DNA of 64,000 bases from Vairimorpha necatrix (taxonomy: Eukaryota): NCBI GenBank assembly GCA_036630325.1, contig CP142726.1, positions 1,550,001 through 1,614,000 on the forward strand, read 5' to 3'. The notes under the pieces were generated by a model. That model worked only from the letters and a program-made list of their open reading frames with translations, was not told the DNA's origin and did no database searches. Below are positions 13,673-26,746 of the stretch, in pieces (positions within the stretch are counted from its first letter, which is position 1; every line of letters starts with the position of its first letter). Made by a program: the position numbers and the translations under genes.

Positions 13673-16600
13673 AAGGGTTTAAAAAATTCAAATTATAGCA
13701 TTATTAATTTAAGTCACAATTTGACAGTTAATATAAATAAAATTAATTTAACAAATTGATTAACGTATTAACATATGATAATGAATGATAATAAAAATAA
13801 CAGTATTGCTTTGTCCAGTTTATATTTTTAGGAATAATCAAAATTTCTTTTAATTATTGGTTCTTATGCATTATTAACAAAAAAATTCATATTCTTTTAT
13901 AATCAGAATTTCGTAAATATAAATTTCGAAGTCCATTTTTTAACTAAAAAAGTAGTAAATTTTTAGCCGGTGTCAATTAAACATATTCAAAACTAGAATT
14001 TCCACTTATTAATATCTCAAAGAATCTTTTTAATAGCTAGATTTAAATTTCATAACCCAAACATTATTTTTCCTATTATTTTACCCTATTAAAAATTTAA
14101 GTAAAATTTTTAGATAAGGATAAACATACAATTTCGAAATATTATTTTTTATGCCATTAAAATTGGAGATCATAATAAAAATCAAAAAAATTTTATATAT
14201 TGAAAAGCCAACCATCGTACAAAAATTTCAATGGCCAATAACTTGTGATACCTACCACTATGCTAAAAAGCCTTTGTCTGTAGTAACATACGAATTTTTT
14301 GCACTTATTTAGATAGTCTATTAGAAACAAGGCCAAATTATATAAAAAAAAGATATTGCAAGAGCCTGTACTTAAATTACTAATTTGATCTAAGAAATTA
14401 CACGTGACAAGCAACATTCTCATTTTAAATACCGTCAAAACTATTCGCATTTATCTATACGGCTTCAAAAGCATCGAATTAATTTCCGAAATTTCGGTAT
14501 TTCATTTCTATTTTTTAGTCTCGAAATACAAAATCAAAAAATCAGAATAGCCAAATGAAAGATTTGAAAGTCTCAATTAAATATGAGAACAAACATGAAG
14601 ACTCATAGAAATTCAAACAAACAAATAGAACTATCTAGGCGCAAAAGCAAAAGTTTTTAATAATAGAAAAACATAAAATTTTTTATTAAGCTTTGAAAGA
14701 GTGCAATTTTGTTTGTCAATAAAAAAATAATGTAAACTCGAGAATATGTTCTTTGAGATACTCTTCACTATTGAATTTTATTATTTAAATTCCTTGTTTT
14801 ATACTCCACTGAGATTTATTTTAGGATTATTACTATCAATATAAGATTGTATATCAGCTTTCATTATGAATCTCTCGTTTCTTTGTATATAGCTTGGTAT
14901 TAAGTGATTATGTTGCTACTGAGAAAACTTTTAATTATGAAGATCAAAAAACAAATTATTGGGAATACAGACGAAACTATACATATTTACAAACCACAAA
15001 AAAAAATAGAACAGCAAACGCAAAATATGCAAATGTAGTTAATTGTTATAAAAAGGCGCCTTAAAATATCTATTATTTCATGAGCACATTTTTTTAAACC
15101 CGTAAAAATCAGACATTTAATGGTCAAATAAGAAATCTGTCTTTTATGATTATTATTTTTATAATAATATATCCGAAAAGTCGTTTTAGTCAACCTTTTT
15201 CAAAGACGAATAGCACATACTAATCCGTCCCTATTTATACAGACCATTTGTTAAGAAAGTACTCACGTAATTTGCTTATCAGGTGAGCAAAATAGAGCTA
15301 TATAATAAATGTTTTTTCCATACTACACATATTTTTTTTTACATTTGCTTAGGACTAATTTGATTTTGAGCTTATCTTTGTATTTTGTTCTAATTAATCA
15401 TCTTGTCTTGGCTTTTTTTAGGGAAAGAAAAAAGTAAAACTTATATACTGACAGAGAATGTCCTATATACTTACAAATATTATACATTGTTTTCCCCTCT
15501 CTTTTATTAGTACAAATTTCACTTATTATTAATATTATAGTCTCCATAACGAACTTAAGACGTTTTTTAATTTTTTTTGTTAGTATGAAATTGTTTAAGC
15601 ACTATTTTTATCTAAAAAATGTATATATTTATCTATGCTAAGTTTGATATTTAAAATCATAATCACAGTAGTTATTATATAGCTAATTTAACTTTCATGA
15701 AATCCGATTTTTTTTTCATTTCTAAACGTACTACAATCATCTATCAGTATTAGTTCCCTTTAAAAATTCTTGTTAGGTCTTTACAAAATATTTCCGATCA
15801 AATTATCATGTTCTTTAACAATTTGGTCAATTTTTATAATTGACAAGTTATAAATAATTTTACACTTTGATATTTAAGCATCAAAGATATTTTTTATTAG
15901 TCAAAGCTTACATAAGATTTTTAACGAAACGTCAAATATGACAATATAGTACATAATTTTCTTTAAAGTAAATGTAAATAAATTTTCATAATTTTTATTA
16001 ATTCTACGATAATATATTTGTAATATATATTATTATTTGAAATTATTCAGTCATTTGAATTTTTTTCATATAAATAAAAGACTTTGTGTCTTATTTTGTA
16101 CCTAGCTTAAAACGTGCAAAATTTATTTCAATGGGTTTTTATAAAATATTAATAGAGATAGATTACTTATTTTTCCTCAAATAGTGTCAACAGAAATTTA
16201 TTAAAGACGGGGACTCGTTTTAACAAAACGTAAAAAAATAATGTGTACCTTTTAAATATTTAGTTTGCAGACGTTGTATATTTTCTAAATATATATAAGT
16301 TTTTTTCATAAGATTTTAAAATTTTACTCTAAAATTTATAGTTTTATCGTATTTTTTTTTAATTTTTTACAAACCCACTGAGTAATTTTATTCTAACCAC
16401 GAAAATCAGCATAATAAAAATATAACAGATAAAGTTTTATAAACATAAAAACATATTTGTATTTAAATATCATTACCCCCTTGCGCCTTAGTACGCCATC
16501 CCTTTGAACACGTACCATTTTCCTGTTAGATGGGCATTGTTTTCTGTAATCGACAGATTTACTTATAAATGTTCAATCTTGGCTCAGAAAAATGTTTTAT

Positions 16601-19049
16601 ATATAACATATGATAAATTTAGATAAGGTATAACTTTTTTAAGAAATTCCAAGTTTGTGGACTTTTTTTTCCTCGCAAGAAAGTATGAAAAATTTACGAG
16701 CATTAGATTATAAATATAATTTTAGATATACTATATTGCTAATCAATCAAATATTTTTGATAAGTAAAAAATTTGATCAAGCATTTAAGAATTTTTTAAG
16801 GGAAAATATTAAGACTGAAACATTAAGTAATAAAATCTTTTGATATATTGTATTTGCTAATGGTTATGCTTCCACGGCTTGACACATTGCATATCCCTAT
16901 GTCATCTGGTGAATTGCATAATTTTTTTTTAATTAATACTCTCTCGCTTATTATTCAATAAGTAATGATACATTAAAATAACATCTTGCACTTGGGGATA
17001 TTTTATCATAACAGATTCTATTTTTGTATTGTGAATTTGCCTAGAATATTTAAGTACCAAAAATAGTAGTTCTCTAAGCAATCTAATACATAATGTAGCA
17101 AAACATAAAAGTAATTGTCTTTTTAGTATAATTTATATTGATTTCATCAAATGATACGATTATTTTATAATTTGTTGTATAACCATCATTTCGTGTAAGT
17201 TTAACTTAAACTGCTAAAATTATATTATCTGAATCATAAAAAAAATGAGTTTAAGCTATCATATGTTTTTTACTTATTAATTCACTGGAAAAAACTTCAT
17301 TCGCGTTTTGTTAGTTATCACATTGTATTTTTATTTTTCTTAGTAATTTATACTATATATTCATTAATATATAAATTTAGAATCGATTCGACTAAAAATT
17401 TGGCCCGTTTTCAGGACCCGACTTCTTCTAATTCAATTGTAAGTTTTAGTTCCTAAAGTTTTTCAGTGTGTGCTTTTGAGATAAAAAAATTTTGTAGATC
17501 GGCAGGTCTACCTTTGCATTTTAGAGGTTCCGATTAGCATTTTTAGTGTATTCCATCATAGAATACAATGAAAGAAAATTTACATTCCCTTTGTTCACTA
17601 GTATTATTTTTAGTATTCTATAAAAAAATCCTTAATACTTTGTTTTTCAACATTCGTCGCATGCGCACTTTGTATCAATACTATGATATCTTTATCTGGT
17701 GAAAAAAACACGTCTTCTGAAAATGTTCTAGATTATTTTATATTAATCGATACTCCGATAAGTGCACCTTGATCAAAACCTTCTTCATTTTTAAAACTAC
17801 TTAAATTATTTTTGTTTGGCATTGAACCTAAACTTCGCAGTTTCATAATTTGATCTTAAGATGATTTTAAAATCTTTTTTGATTTTGTCACAAAACTTTT
17901 ATTTTTATTTTCTTAATAAAATCGCTTAGTCTCAATTAGCGTTCGACAATCAGTCTCCGAGGTGTGGAACTGTCAAATATAAATTATTAATAATTTATAA
18001 GAGAAAATAACAGTGTCGTTATTACAAAAGCTAATGTAAAAATGCCAATTTTTATTGCGCTAATAAGAGAATTTTATGAAAAAAGAAAGAATTTATGTTC
18101 AAAAATAAAAATAAAATTTAGAAAAAATTCTTAAGTTTAAATTAGTTTATATATCATGATTATTTACAAAATACTATATCCGTCGAAAGTATTGTAAAAT
18201 TTTTAAAACAAATTTTTCAAATGAAACTTGTTAAATAAAGTTTATACTTCCTTTTCACAATATTTTTAGATATGTAAAATTTTTATTTAATATTTATAAT
18301 AAATATTTTACAGTAGATACTTTAAATAAGTATCCTAATATAGTAATGACAAGATGATCTCAGTAACTAGATCTTTATCCTGTAACAAAACTAAAAACAA
18401 ACATGTGTAATTAGGCTTGAAATTTACTTGAATTATAAATAAAAATTTTGAAAAAATCTATAGGATGGGTTAATTTTGATGATTTCCAATTAATGTTTGA
18501 CAGTTACAGTATGAAATTTAAATATTGTTACTATCTTGATCATAACTACAATATAAAGAATCAAACACTTAAATTATCGTATGTATTAAATCATGATCTA
18601 AATTTATTAGTATAGTTTTTATATGTTTTTACAAATTTTAAAATTATCTAATTTATATGTAAATTTATAATTATTAAAATTGCACTATATAATAATCTGA
18701 TAAATGTTTTAATATTTTGTTTCAGCTAATATTTATTTAAGCAGATCTAATTTATTATCTTTTAACAATTATCCCAACATATATTCTCTAAATTATTTTA
18801 TGGCTATAATATCAAATGTAGTTTTCAGTTAAATTGATTTTTTTGTATTAATTTCTGAAATGTTAAATAAATAAAATTAAATCTCTACAGACTAAACACT
18901 ATAGCTGTTGACTTATGTTATTACGTTGTATTAGATATTTAAAATGATATATTAAGATATGTTAAATCAAAAATCACTTTTATTTAACTTTAAAAACTCT
19001 GTAACAATGTTTTTAACTTGTAATATACGAAAACAAAGACAACTAAGTA

Positions 19050-20351
19050 TTAATTTTTATTTATTTTTCTTAACAAAAATACCGAAAAAGCAAATATTAA
19101 TATGAAAATGGCATATAACAACAAATAAAGATATGGTTTGTTATTTCTGTCATTGGGATTGTCTTTTGAATCATTGTTATTATTGTCGTGTTTACTATCG
19201 GGTATCGAGGTTTTTAGAATCTTATCCGCCTTTTCATTCTCAAGATTATTATCAAATTCTGAGTTATCAAGCTTCTTTTCAAACTTTTCATTCTCGAGGC
19301 CTAAATTGCCTGGATTCTGATCAAGCGTTTCGTCATCAAGATTTTTATCAGGTTCTGATTGCAAATAATTTAGGTTCTTATCAGGTGTTTCGTCCTCAAG
19401 GCTCATATCAGGAGTTTTGTTCGCAAGATTATCAAAAGTTTCTGAATTTTTTGAATTTACACTATATTCTTCCTTCTCTTGATTATTATCCAGTTCTACG
19501 TTGCCATTCTTATCTGAGATTTTGTTTATAAGATTATTATTAGATTCCGAATTGCCTAGAATCTTATCGGGCGTTTCGTCCAATAAAGTTTTGTCGGTTT
19601 CCGAGTTATTTAAATTCTTATCAGAAGTTTCGTTATCAAGATTATCATCAGGTCTTATGTTACTTAGATCAGCATCGAGTTTTTCGTTCTTAAGATTATC
19701 ATTCGGTTCTATATTCAGATGTTTTTTATTTTCTTTAGTATTTTCAAAAGTATCATTTTGCTCAATATTCTTATTACTATTATCCAAACTATTAGTACTC
19801 TCCGAATCAGAATTATTAATTATATTTGTACTATTCTGGCTCAAATTATTTTGTTTTTTTGCTGACTTTAGTAGGAATGGCACCCCAAAATGTAATTTAC
19901 CATCGAAATTAAATAATTGTGTGTAAGAAAGATCTTTGGGTCCATTATTCGCTCTTTCTAAAAGAAGTCCAAAAAAATATTTTCTTCCATCCACTAAGTT
20001 AATTGTACATTTATAATATTTTACACTAAGAATAAATTTCCTAATGCATGCGTAGGAATTGAATTTTGATGATGCTGCTTTGATTTTTTCATATTCTTCT
20101 CTATTTACTAGATGTAAGTCGCTTTCATTACTTGCCATCGATAGTTTTACTTTATCATGTAAATCGTCTCGATTTGGACGCTCAGAAATAAAATCTTCGT
20201 CTTTAAGAAGCGTAATTCGCAGGTTTTCTAGACCGCTAGCAAAGCTTGTAATACCAACATATACATCACATGTATAATTTTCTTTATACTCAACAAATAG
20301 TGATAGCCAACAATGTCCCCAAACAATAAATATTTGAAGCTTCCAATACAT
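19050..20351 (-). CDS. Surface protein family member 4 (acidic 9-aa repeat stalk, C-terminal TM)
   Basis: 433-aa ORF with AAAACCCAA-ATG. Family motifs LFVEYKENYTCDVYVG, EYEKIK and YYKCTIN. Repeats such as NLDNETSDK/NLNNSETDK/TLLDETPDK. TM YLYLLLYAIFILIFAFSVFLL followed by RKINKN. Confidence 0.85.
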   Translation of the reverse strand: MYWKLQIFIVWGHCWLSLFVEYKENYTCDVYVGITSFASGLENLRITLLKDEDFISERPNRDDLHDKVKLSMASNESDLHLVNREEYEKIKAASSKFNSYACIRKFILSVKYYKCTINLVDGRKYFFGLLLERANNGPKDLSYTQLFNFDGKLHFGVPFLLKSAKKQNNLSQNSTNIINNSDSESTNSLDNSNKNIEQNDTFENTKENKKHLNIEPNDNLKNEKLDADLSNIRPDDNLDNETSDKNLNNSETDKTLLDETPDKILGNSESNNNLINKISDKNGNVELDNNQEKEEYSVNSKNSETFDNLANKTPDMSLEDETPDKNLNYLQSEPDKNLDDETLDQNPGNLGLENEKFEKKLDNSEFDNNLENEKADKILKTSIPDSKHDNNNNDSKDNPNDRNNKPYLYLLLYAIFILIFAFSVFLLRKINKN

Positions 20352-21119
20352 TTGGGTTTTTTTAAATTGAATATTTATCTCATAAAATTAATATAAATTT
20401 TATTATGATATTTATGATAAAACAAAAAAAAAGAAAACTATACATTTTTTAATATCTTAAACTTTTTTCTTGCTTTTTAATTAAAACTCAAAAATTAATT
20501 TAGTGATTAATCATAACGAATTTGTGAAAAAAGTTTAGCTTAACAAATTAAAAATTGACTCTTTTCTAAATAGTTAACCATTAAAGATATTAGCTAAATA
20601 TATACAATTAACGAAACACTTTAAAGTTTATGATAACTTGTGTTCTTATACAAATAAAAGTATATGAACTATATCTATAAAGCTATTTAAAATGATGTAC
20701 AAATAGCCTCAGAACTAATTGTCTGTATATATTCTTGGAATATACTTTACAAATAAAACATTTTAAAAATCATAAATGATGTAATGTATTTAATTCTATT
20801 ATTATGATCAATCAAAATCAATCCCATGGATGATGTTTCAAAAATGTTTATTATTATTGTATTAGTTAATTTGCAATATAAAAACCTCATTCTAAATAAG
20901 TAGCAAAAATATAATCAATGAAATTCTTCTGTGTTTTACAATAGTTACTTTGATTTTGGCTTATGTAATTTTGATTTTAATTAAAAATGCGTCATTATAA
21001 AAAACATTTCTCTCACATGCTATTTTGCGTGAAGAGAAAACGAAGTGATATTATTTTTTATTCTAGTTTCCGTTTATTCAAGATCTTATCATAGCATACA
21101 AAAAAAATAAAAAAACAAC

Positions 21120-22124
21120 GGACAAAATCAGCACCTGTAAGAAAAAATAACAGGGGTAAAATTTTTAAAAAATTGCCCCTTTTTTCAAAAAAAGAGATGG
21201 ATAAGTAATGAAGAGGCTGAAGATTTAAAAAGCTATTTTTAAAAAAAAAACCTAAATGTACAAAGTTGAGACACCTAATAAGAATAACTGAAATTTTTTT
21301 ATTAAAAAAGCAAGCAGAGATTTTCAATTAGAAATAATTTTTTATTTTTTAATAGTAAGATGGAATATATATATCTATAAATGTTATTTTGTATATCTTT
21401 TAGGTTAACGTAACTCAAATTTCAAAAGTGTTGGATTGTAACGAACAAATTGTAGGTTACATGTTTGAAATGTTTTTTAAAAAAATATATGATAGGCATT
21501 TGAATACCCCAGGACAGATTTAGGCCATTAATTTGTTGTAGATATAGACTAAATTTCAACTGGTTAAAATAAATTTTATACGAGCAGATTTGTATTTGGT
21601 TTTTGTTTCGAGATTTTAAAAGAACTAAAGCAAAAAAAATGATGTTCCGCGATTTTAAATATGAAGAAACAAGGATAATTGCTTTCGATCCTATTTAAAC
21701 ATGTAAGTATTATATCCGTCAACTATTCAGATATATGGAAGGCCTTTATAGCTATTTAATATTATTATAGGTATTATAAAGATGTGATTCGCCGTCAAAC
21801 ATTTCGAAATAAGTGTCCATTCAAACATTGTAGAAGCGAATTAAAGATCTTGCAAGTCTTTGTACCTCTGGGCGTAAGATATATTTTCTTGTAGATATAT
21901 ATTTGAATCTTTATATGATTAGAAAAAATTGAAGCCGAGATACAAAAAACTATTATAGTAATTATGTTGTCAATATTTTTTTTACTTATTATATCTTAAT
22001 TTTATAACATTTCTATATACAAGTTAAGTTTTGAAGTTTTCCTTTTCTTTTCTTTTTTAAAAAAGGACAGTTTTTTAAAAATTTTGATTCCTTAAATTTT
22101 TTTTACACTAATGCTATTTTAGCC
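21120..22124 (+). mobile_element. Old degenerate Merlin-like transposon
   Basis: Imperfect inverted ends GGACAAAATCAGCA...AAAATTTTTAAAAAATTGCCCCTTTTT and their complement at ~22040-22124. Broken transposase-like remnants (S-D-x-W-K-A and N-I-V-E-A) near 21720-21840. TSD only 5/8 matched. Confidence 0.5.
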
Positions 22125-22634
22125 AAAATGTCTTATTTAAGCCAAAAAATTAAAAAAGAAACAAATAGAAATAAGACTACCAAAGAACTACATTGTCATG
22201 AAAAATATAGAAAAATTTAAATTATTAAAAGATTACATTTTACACATAAATAAAAAGGCCACTGGAGTTAAATCTACTTTATTATTCATTTTACTAGAAA
22301 GCACATTTTTTGTATTCCAAAAAAAGTTTTAATTTTTACTTACTCATTTAAGTATGAAGGCAAGTAACAAGATCTAAACTATGTTTTTAAATTCTTTCAT
22401 GTACTAATGACATATGTTTTTATAACAGAAACCGTCGCTCATTATTTTACAATCTTACTTGAAAAACTTGATAAGTCGTTAAAAGTATTTGTCAAAATGT
22501 ACAGTTTATACTAATATGTGAATTAAACTGAATGTATAAATATAATTAAAGTTACGATGCTATGTTACGTAATAATGATTTAATATTTATTAATGTTTTT
22601 ACAAGCAAGCTATATTCTTTTCATCAAACCATTT

Positions 22635-23597
22635 TTATAATTCATTTATAGCATTTTTAGTATGTTTAATCTTAAATAATTTGTAAGAATAATACATAAC
22701 TAGAATTATAAATGGAATAATGATGAATAATACAACAGTTATTAACATAGAAGGAGACATTACAGGGTTACGCTTAGTATCGCCATCATCAGAAGATGCA
22801 TCTTCTTCATTAACATGATTTGATTGCGAAATCTCCTGTTTGATATCAAGCTTGCTAGGATTGCAATCCTCTTTAGTACGGAAAACTGGTTTTTTGTTGT
22901 CATATAATTCTGTCTTGGTATTGTTTTCTCGAAATTCAATTGTACTAGTATCAAAATTCTTATCAAATTCTAATTCTTTATTGGTATTATTTTCTCGAAA
23001 TTCAATTGTACTAGTATCAAAATTCTTTTCAAATTCTAGTTCTTTATTGGTATTATTTTCGCTAAATTCAATTGCATCAGTTCCAGAATTCTTTTTAAAT
23101 TCTACTTCTTTATTATTATTATTTTCTCTAAATTCAATTGCATCAGTTCCAGAATTCTTTTTAAATTCTACTTCTTTATTATTATTATTTTCTCTGAATT
23201 TAATTGCATCAGTATCAGAACGATTAATAAAACCCAATACTTTAATGGTATTGTTTTCTCTAAATTCAATTGCGTCAGTATCAGAATTTTTTTTAAATTC
23301 TTTTTCGTGTTGAAAAACCTCTATAAAATTAATATTTACATAATATTTATACTATATCTTTGGTTCACTTAAATCATCAATGATTACACTTGCAACTTCG
23401 CTTTTGAAAGATTCTATATTTAACGCATTCACATTTTGCTCTTTAATTTCTATTCTCGATTCATTTTCAATACGTAAATGCCTTCTTAATGCTGCATATT
23501 TTAAATAAATGGATACAATACCAGACAAATATTCAATAATATGATTTCCATGATCAATGAAAGTTAAATATAAGCAAACAAACATGATAAAAAACAT
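22635..23597 (-). pseudogene. Repeat-rich type I membrane protein interrupted by a single in-frame TAG
   Basis: ORFs 23352-23597 and 22635-23237 are in the same frame. Only TAG at 23352-23354 interrupts a 320-codon frame. GCCCTATT-ATG, hydrophobic N-terminus, about six 20-aa (60-bp) repeats (TDAIEFRENNNNKEVEFKKN-like), TM MLITVVLFIIIPFIILVMYY and a basic tail. Confidence 0.75.
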
Positions 23598-24327
23598 AAT
23601 AGGGCTTTAAAAATAGCAATATATAACAACAAGATCACACTTGAATTTATTAAAGATTAAATTTATAGATAACAACGAGAAATACTTTTAAAATAATTTT
23701 CTTAGATTTTTACAGTTCATAACAAGATGTAAAAATCTTTTTTTAAAATATTTGACAGGAAAAAAATTTTGAAAATCATTTGTAAAGCATTAATATGCAT
23801 AAAATAATTCGAGACTAAGATCATATTGTCTTTTCATTGCCACATTCTTGAATAATAAATATTAAATAGTGAGATTTAGATCGAGGCACTCAGAAGTACA
23901 TTAAAATGTCATATTTTTGAATAAAGATATAATAGTAATCATTAAATTTATGATGGCTGTCAATTTTTCATTTTTTTTATTTTTGATAATTTTCCCTTAA
24001 AATTTGTTTACGTTTAAAAATACATACGGTTATATATTGCTAATAAATTTACAAGAAAACTTCTTTTAAGCTGAATTACTATATCCTTAAATTTTACCCT
24101 CTAAATATATAGCCACTTATGGCTAAAGATGCTAATACAATCCCCTCTCTGAATATGTTCACTTTATTTTTTCGAACCCCTAAAACAAAGTGCAAAAAAG
24201 CAGGAGCATGAAGGAGACAAAAATTACTAAGCACTTATGACATTAAAATAAAAAAATAAATATATTATAAATTTAGTTATAAAAATTATTTAAGGTATTG
24301 TACCTTATTTACCCTTTTTAGGGTGGA

Positions 24328-25558
24328 GGATACATTAGACCCCCTTTTTAAAGCGCTTCAATTTTTTTTCGAACCCCAAAATTGAAGTGCAAAAAAAAAG
24401 AGGAGCAAGAAAGGAATAAAAATTTCTTGCCACTTTAAACATATAAAATACAAAATAATAATATAAAACGTCTTTAAATAAAGTTTTAAACCAAGATATA
24501 TTATACAAAACCACTTTTTATCATATTTTTGAGGGGATTGTAAGGATTATTTATTTTAAAAGTAAACAGATAAAGAAATAGATTTACATCTTTTTCAGTC
24601 CATATCTTGCAGGAATTACTCTTTTTACACCAGCCCATGTTCCTTTAATTGTGTTAGTATGAATACCATTCTCTAAATTTATAAAAACAAGGGAACGGTT
24701 AACGGTATGGTGTTCGTATAAGCGTAATTGATTTAAATTTATATACCCGCTAAAAAAATCAGTATAATTAATACTTCCGGGAGTACATATTCTTTTATTA
24801 ATCTTTCATGAGTCATGGCTTTTCTATTTTAAACTTTAAGTAAGACTAAGCCTCGTTCCGTCGTCCTTTCCCATCCCAAGTACCCATACGCCGTATCTTT
24901 GTGGCCATTGTTGTATTTTCTCTTTCCGAATTTAGATTCGTCAATCTCTACAATTATACCTGGACCTCCTATTTTTTTTTATTACCAGTTATATGCTTAC
25001 TAAAGTTTTTGATAATTCTATAAATTGGTTTTCGACTAAAACTATATATTTTTTAATTGTTTTTATGGCCGTATTTCAACAAAAAGAAATATGACTTGGC
25101 ATATTATCAGCCATGGCAATTTAGATCTATTAAAACCTTTCTTTTTTGATATCGTTATTTTTTCTGCAACTTTTTGTTGTACATCTCATTTGATTTGTAT
25201 TTCTATACGTCTGTCTACGTTCCCACTACAAAGTAGACAAAACCTTGAATTTAAAGTAGATATAAATATTTTCTCAACGTCCTTGTAGAATTCTGTCATT
25301 TTTAAAGGGAAAAAAATGAAAATTATCATAAAATAAATGAATATGAATTTATTTTAAAATTTTAAGTAGACACTTTTTATTTTTAGATCTTGGTTTAAAA
25401 TTTAATTTTAAGCCGTTTTATATTAATTTTTGTATTTTTAATGTTTAAAGTGGCAAGAAATTTTTGTCCCTTTCTTGCTCCTCTTTTTTTTTGCACTTCA
25501 ATTTTGGGGGTTGAAAAAAAATTGAAGCGCTTTAAAAAGGGGGGGGTCTAATGTACCC
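24328..25558 (-). mobile_element. Degenerate Merlin (ISXO2/IS1595-like) transposon with pseudogenised transposase
   Basis: TIRs of about 170 bp (GG.TACATTAGACCCCC.TTTTTAAAGCGCTTCAATTTTTTT...). Minus-strand transposase relic from CCCTTTAAAA-ATG at 25299 contains KIGGPGIIVEIDESKFGKRKYNNGH, PGSIIYTD and GIHTNTIKGTW, broken by stops and frameshifts. Exact ends uncertain by a few bp. Confidence 0.85.
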
Positions 25559-26280
25559 CACCTCACCCTTTATATTTTTTTTCAATTTTTGGTTTATTAA
25601 TAAAGAAGATTTTCTTCTTAAATCTCATTTTAAAATCCGATGTGGTATCCACCACAATTAATTCTTAAATATGTCTTCCCTTTCAATTTTAGAAAATATT
25701 TTTTATAAATAAAAAATAATTAAAGAAGGTCATGCAAAAACGAGAAGAAACTATCAGACAGACAATCAGCAAACATGACTCCACAGCGAGATCATGAACT
25801 TATCCCTTTAAATAAATATATATTTATTTTTTCAATCATAGAACAACAACTTCGTTTCGGACTTCTCACCCGAGGTTATGACAACCAAAAAATATAAATA
25901 ACATTTATGTAAGGAAAATTAAATAATTGTTCTACAATCTAGACAGATTGTTTAATGAAAAAATTAAATGCAAAATATGTTGAATTCTTAAGAATTATAT
26001 AGTTTCAAAAATATTCTTTTTTAAAATTAAATTTTTTATACAAATATATATTTATTTGGTATTTATGTTTAAAGTTGCAAGTAGTTTGAGTGGTAATGAT
26101 TGCTTCTCTTTTTTGCGTCACTTCGTTTTTTAATTACAAAAAAAAGAGAAACCCCTCAGAGTGGAGCGTTTCGGTCCCCAATTCTAAAAAATCAGAATAG
26201 TAAAAATGCTTATTAATTTATATAATTGTAAGAACTCAAATTAAGACATAATCTTGTACATAAATAAATATATATATAAA

Positions 26281-26709
26281 AATAAAAGATTTATTGAGTT
26301 AATTTTCAATTATGTTTAGATATTCATAGCACAGCTTTCCCCGGTATCGCTCATGGGATTCAGCTCTTCACAGACTTTGGTTTCTGTGGAATTATTAATG
26401 TTTTCCAACTTCACTTTAGCAGCTTCATTCCCCTTTGCCGACACCACTTCTTTAACAGTCGCCATATTCGCTAGTGCGCTTACAGCTCTAGCCACTTCTT
26501 CTTCTCCTGCATCCTCCTGATCGTATCCTCGTCGTCGTTCCAAAGAGATGGACTCTAGAGTCTTCTTCATCACAATAGACTGGATATATGCTTCCAGGTA
26601 GGGTTGGATTTCTAGCTCCTTGATGTACTTTCTGTGATATTTGGTCACCACTCCATCCCATGTCATTACATAAGGAACTATTCTTGTCCGGGATTTATGT
26701 ATTAGTCCC
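26281..26709 (-). mobile_element. 5'-truncated 3' end of RLE-type non-LTR retrotransposon (copy A)
   Basis: Highly similar to 34206-34624 on the opposite strand. Encodes an uninterrupted C-terminus MTWDGVVTKYHRKY...ESCAMNI. Ends in the same 3' UTR (AATTAACTCAATAAATCTTTTATT). Flanked by (TA)n. Confidence 0.85.
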
Positions 26710-26746
26710 TATATATATATATATATATATTTATTTATATTTATTG

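Noticed and set aside
22900-23310. Regular 60-bp repeats as a possible CRISPR array
   Set aside because: Contiguous in-frame coding repeats with no unique spacers, no cas genes, and a eukaryotic context.
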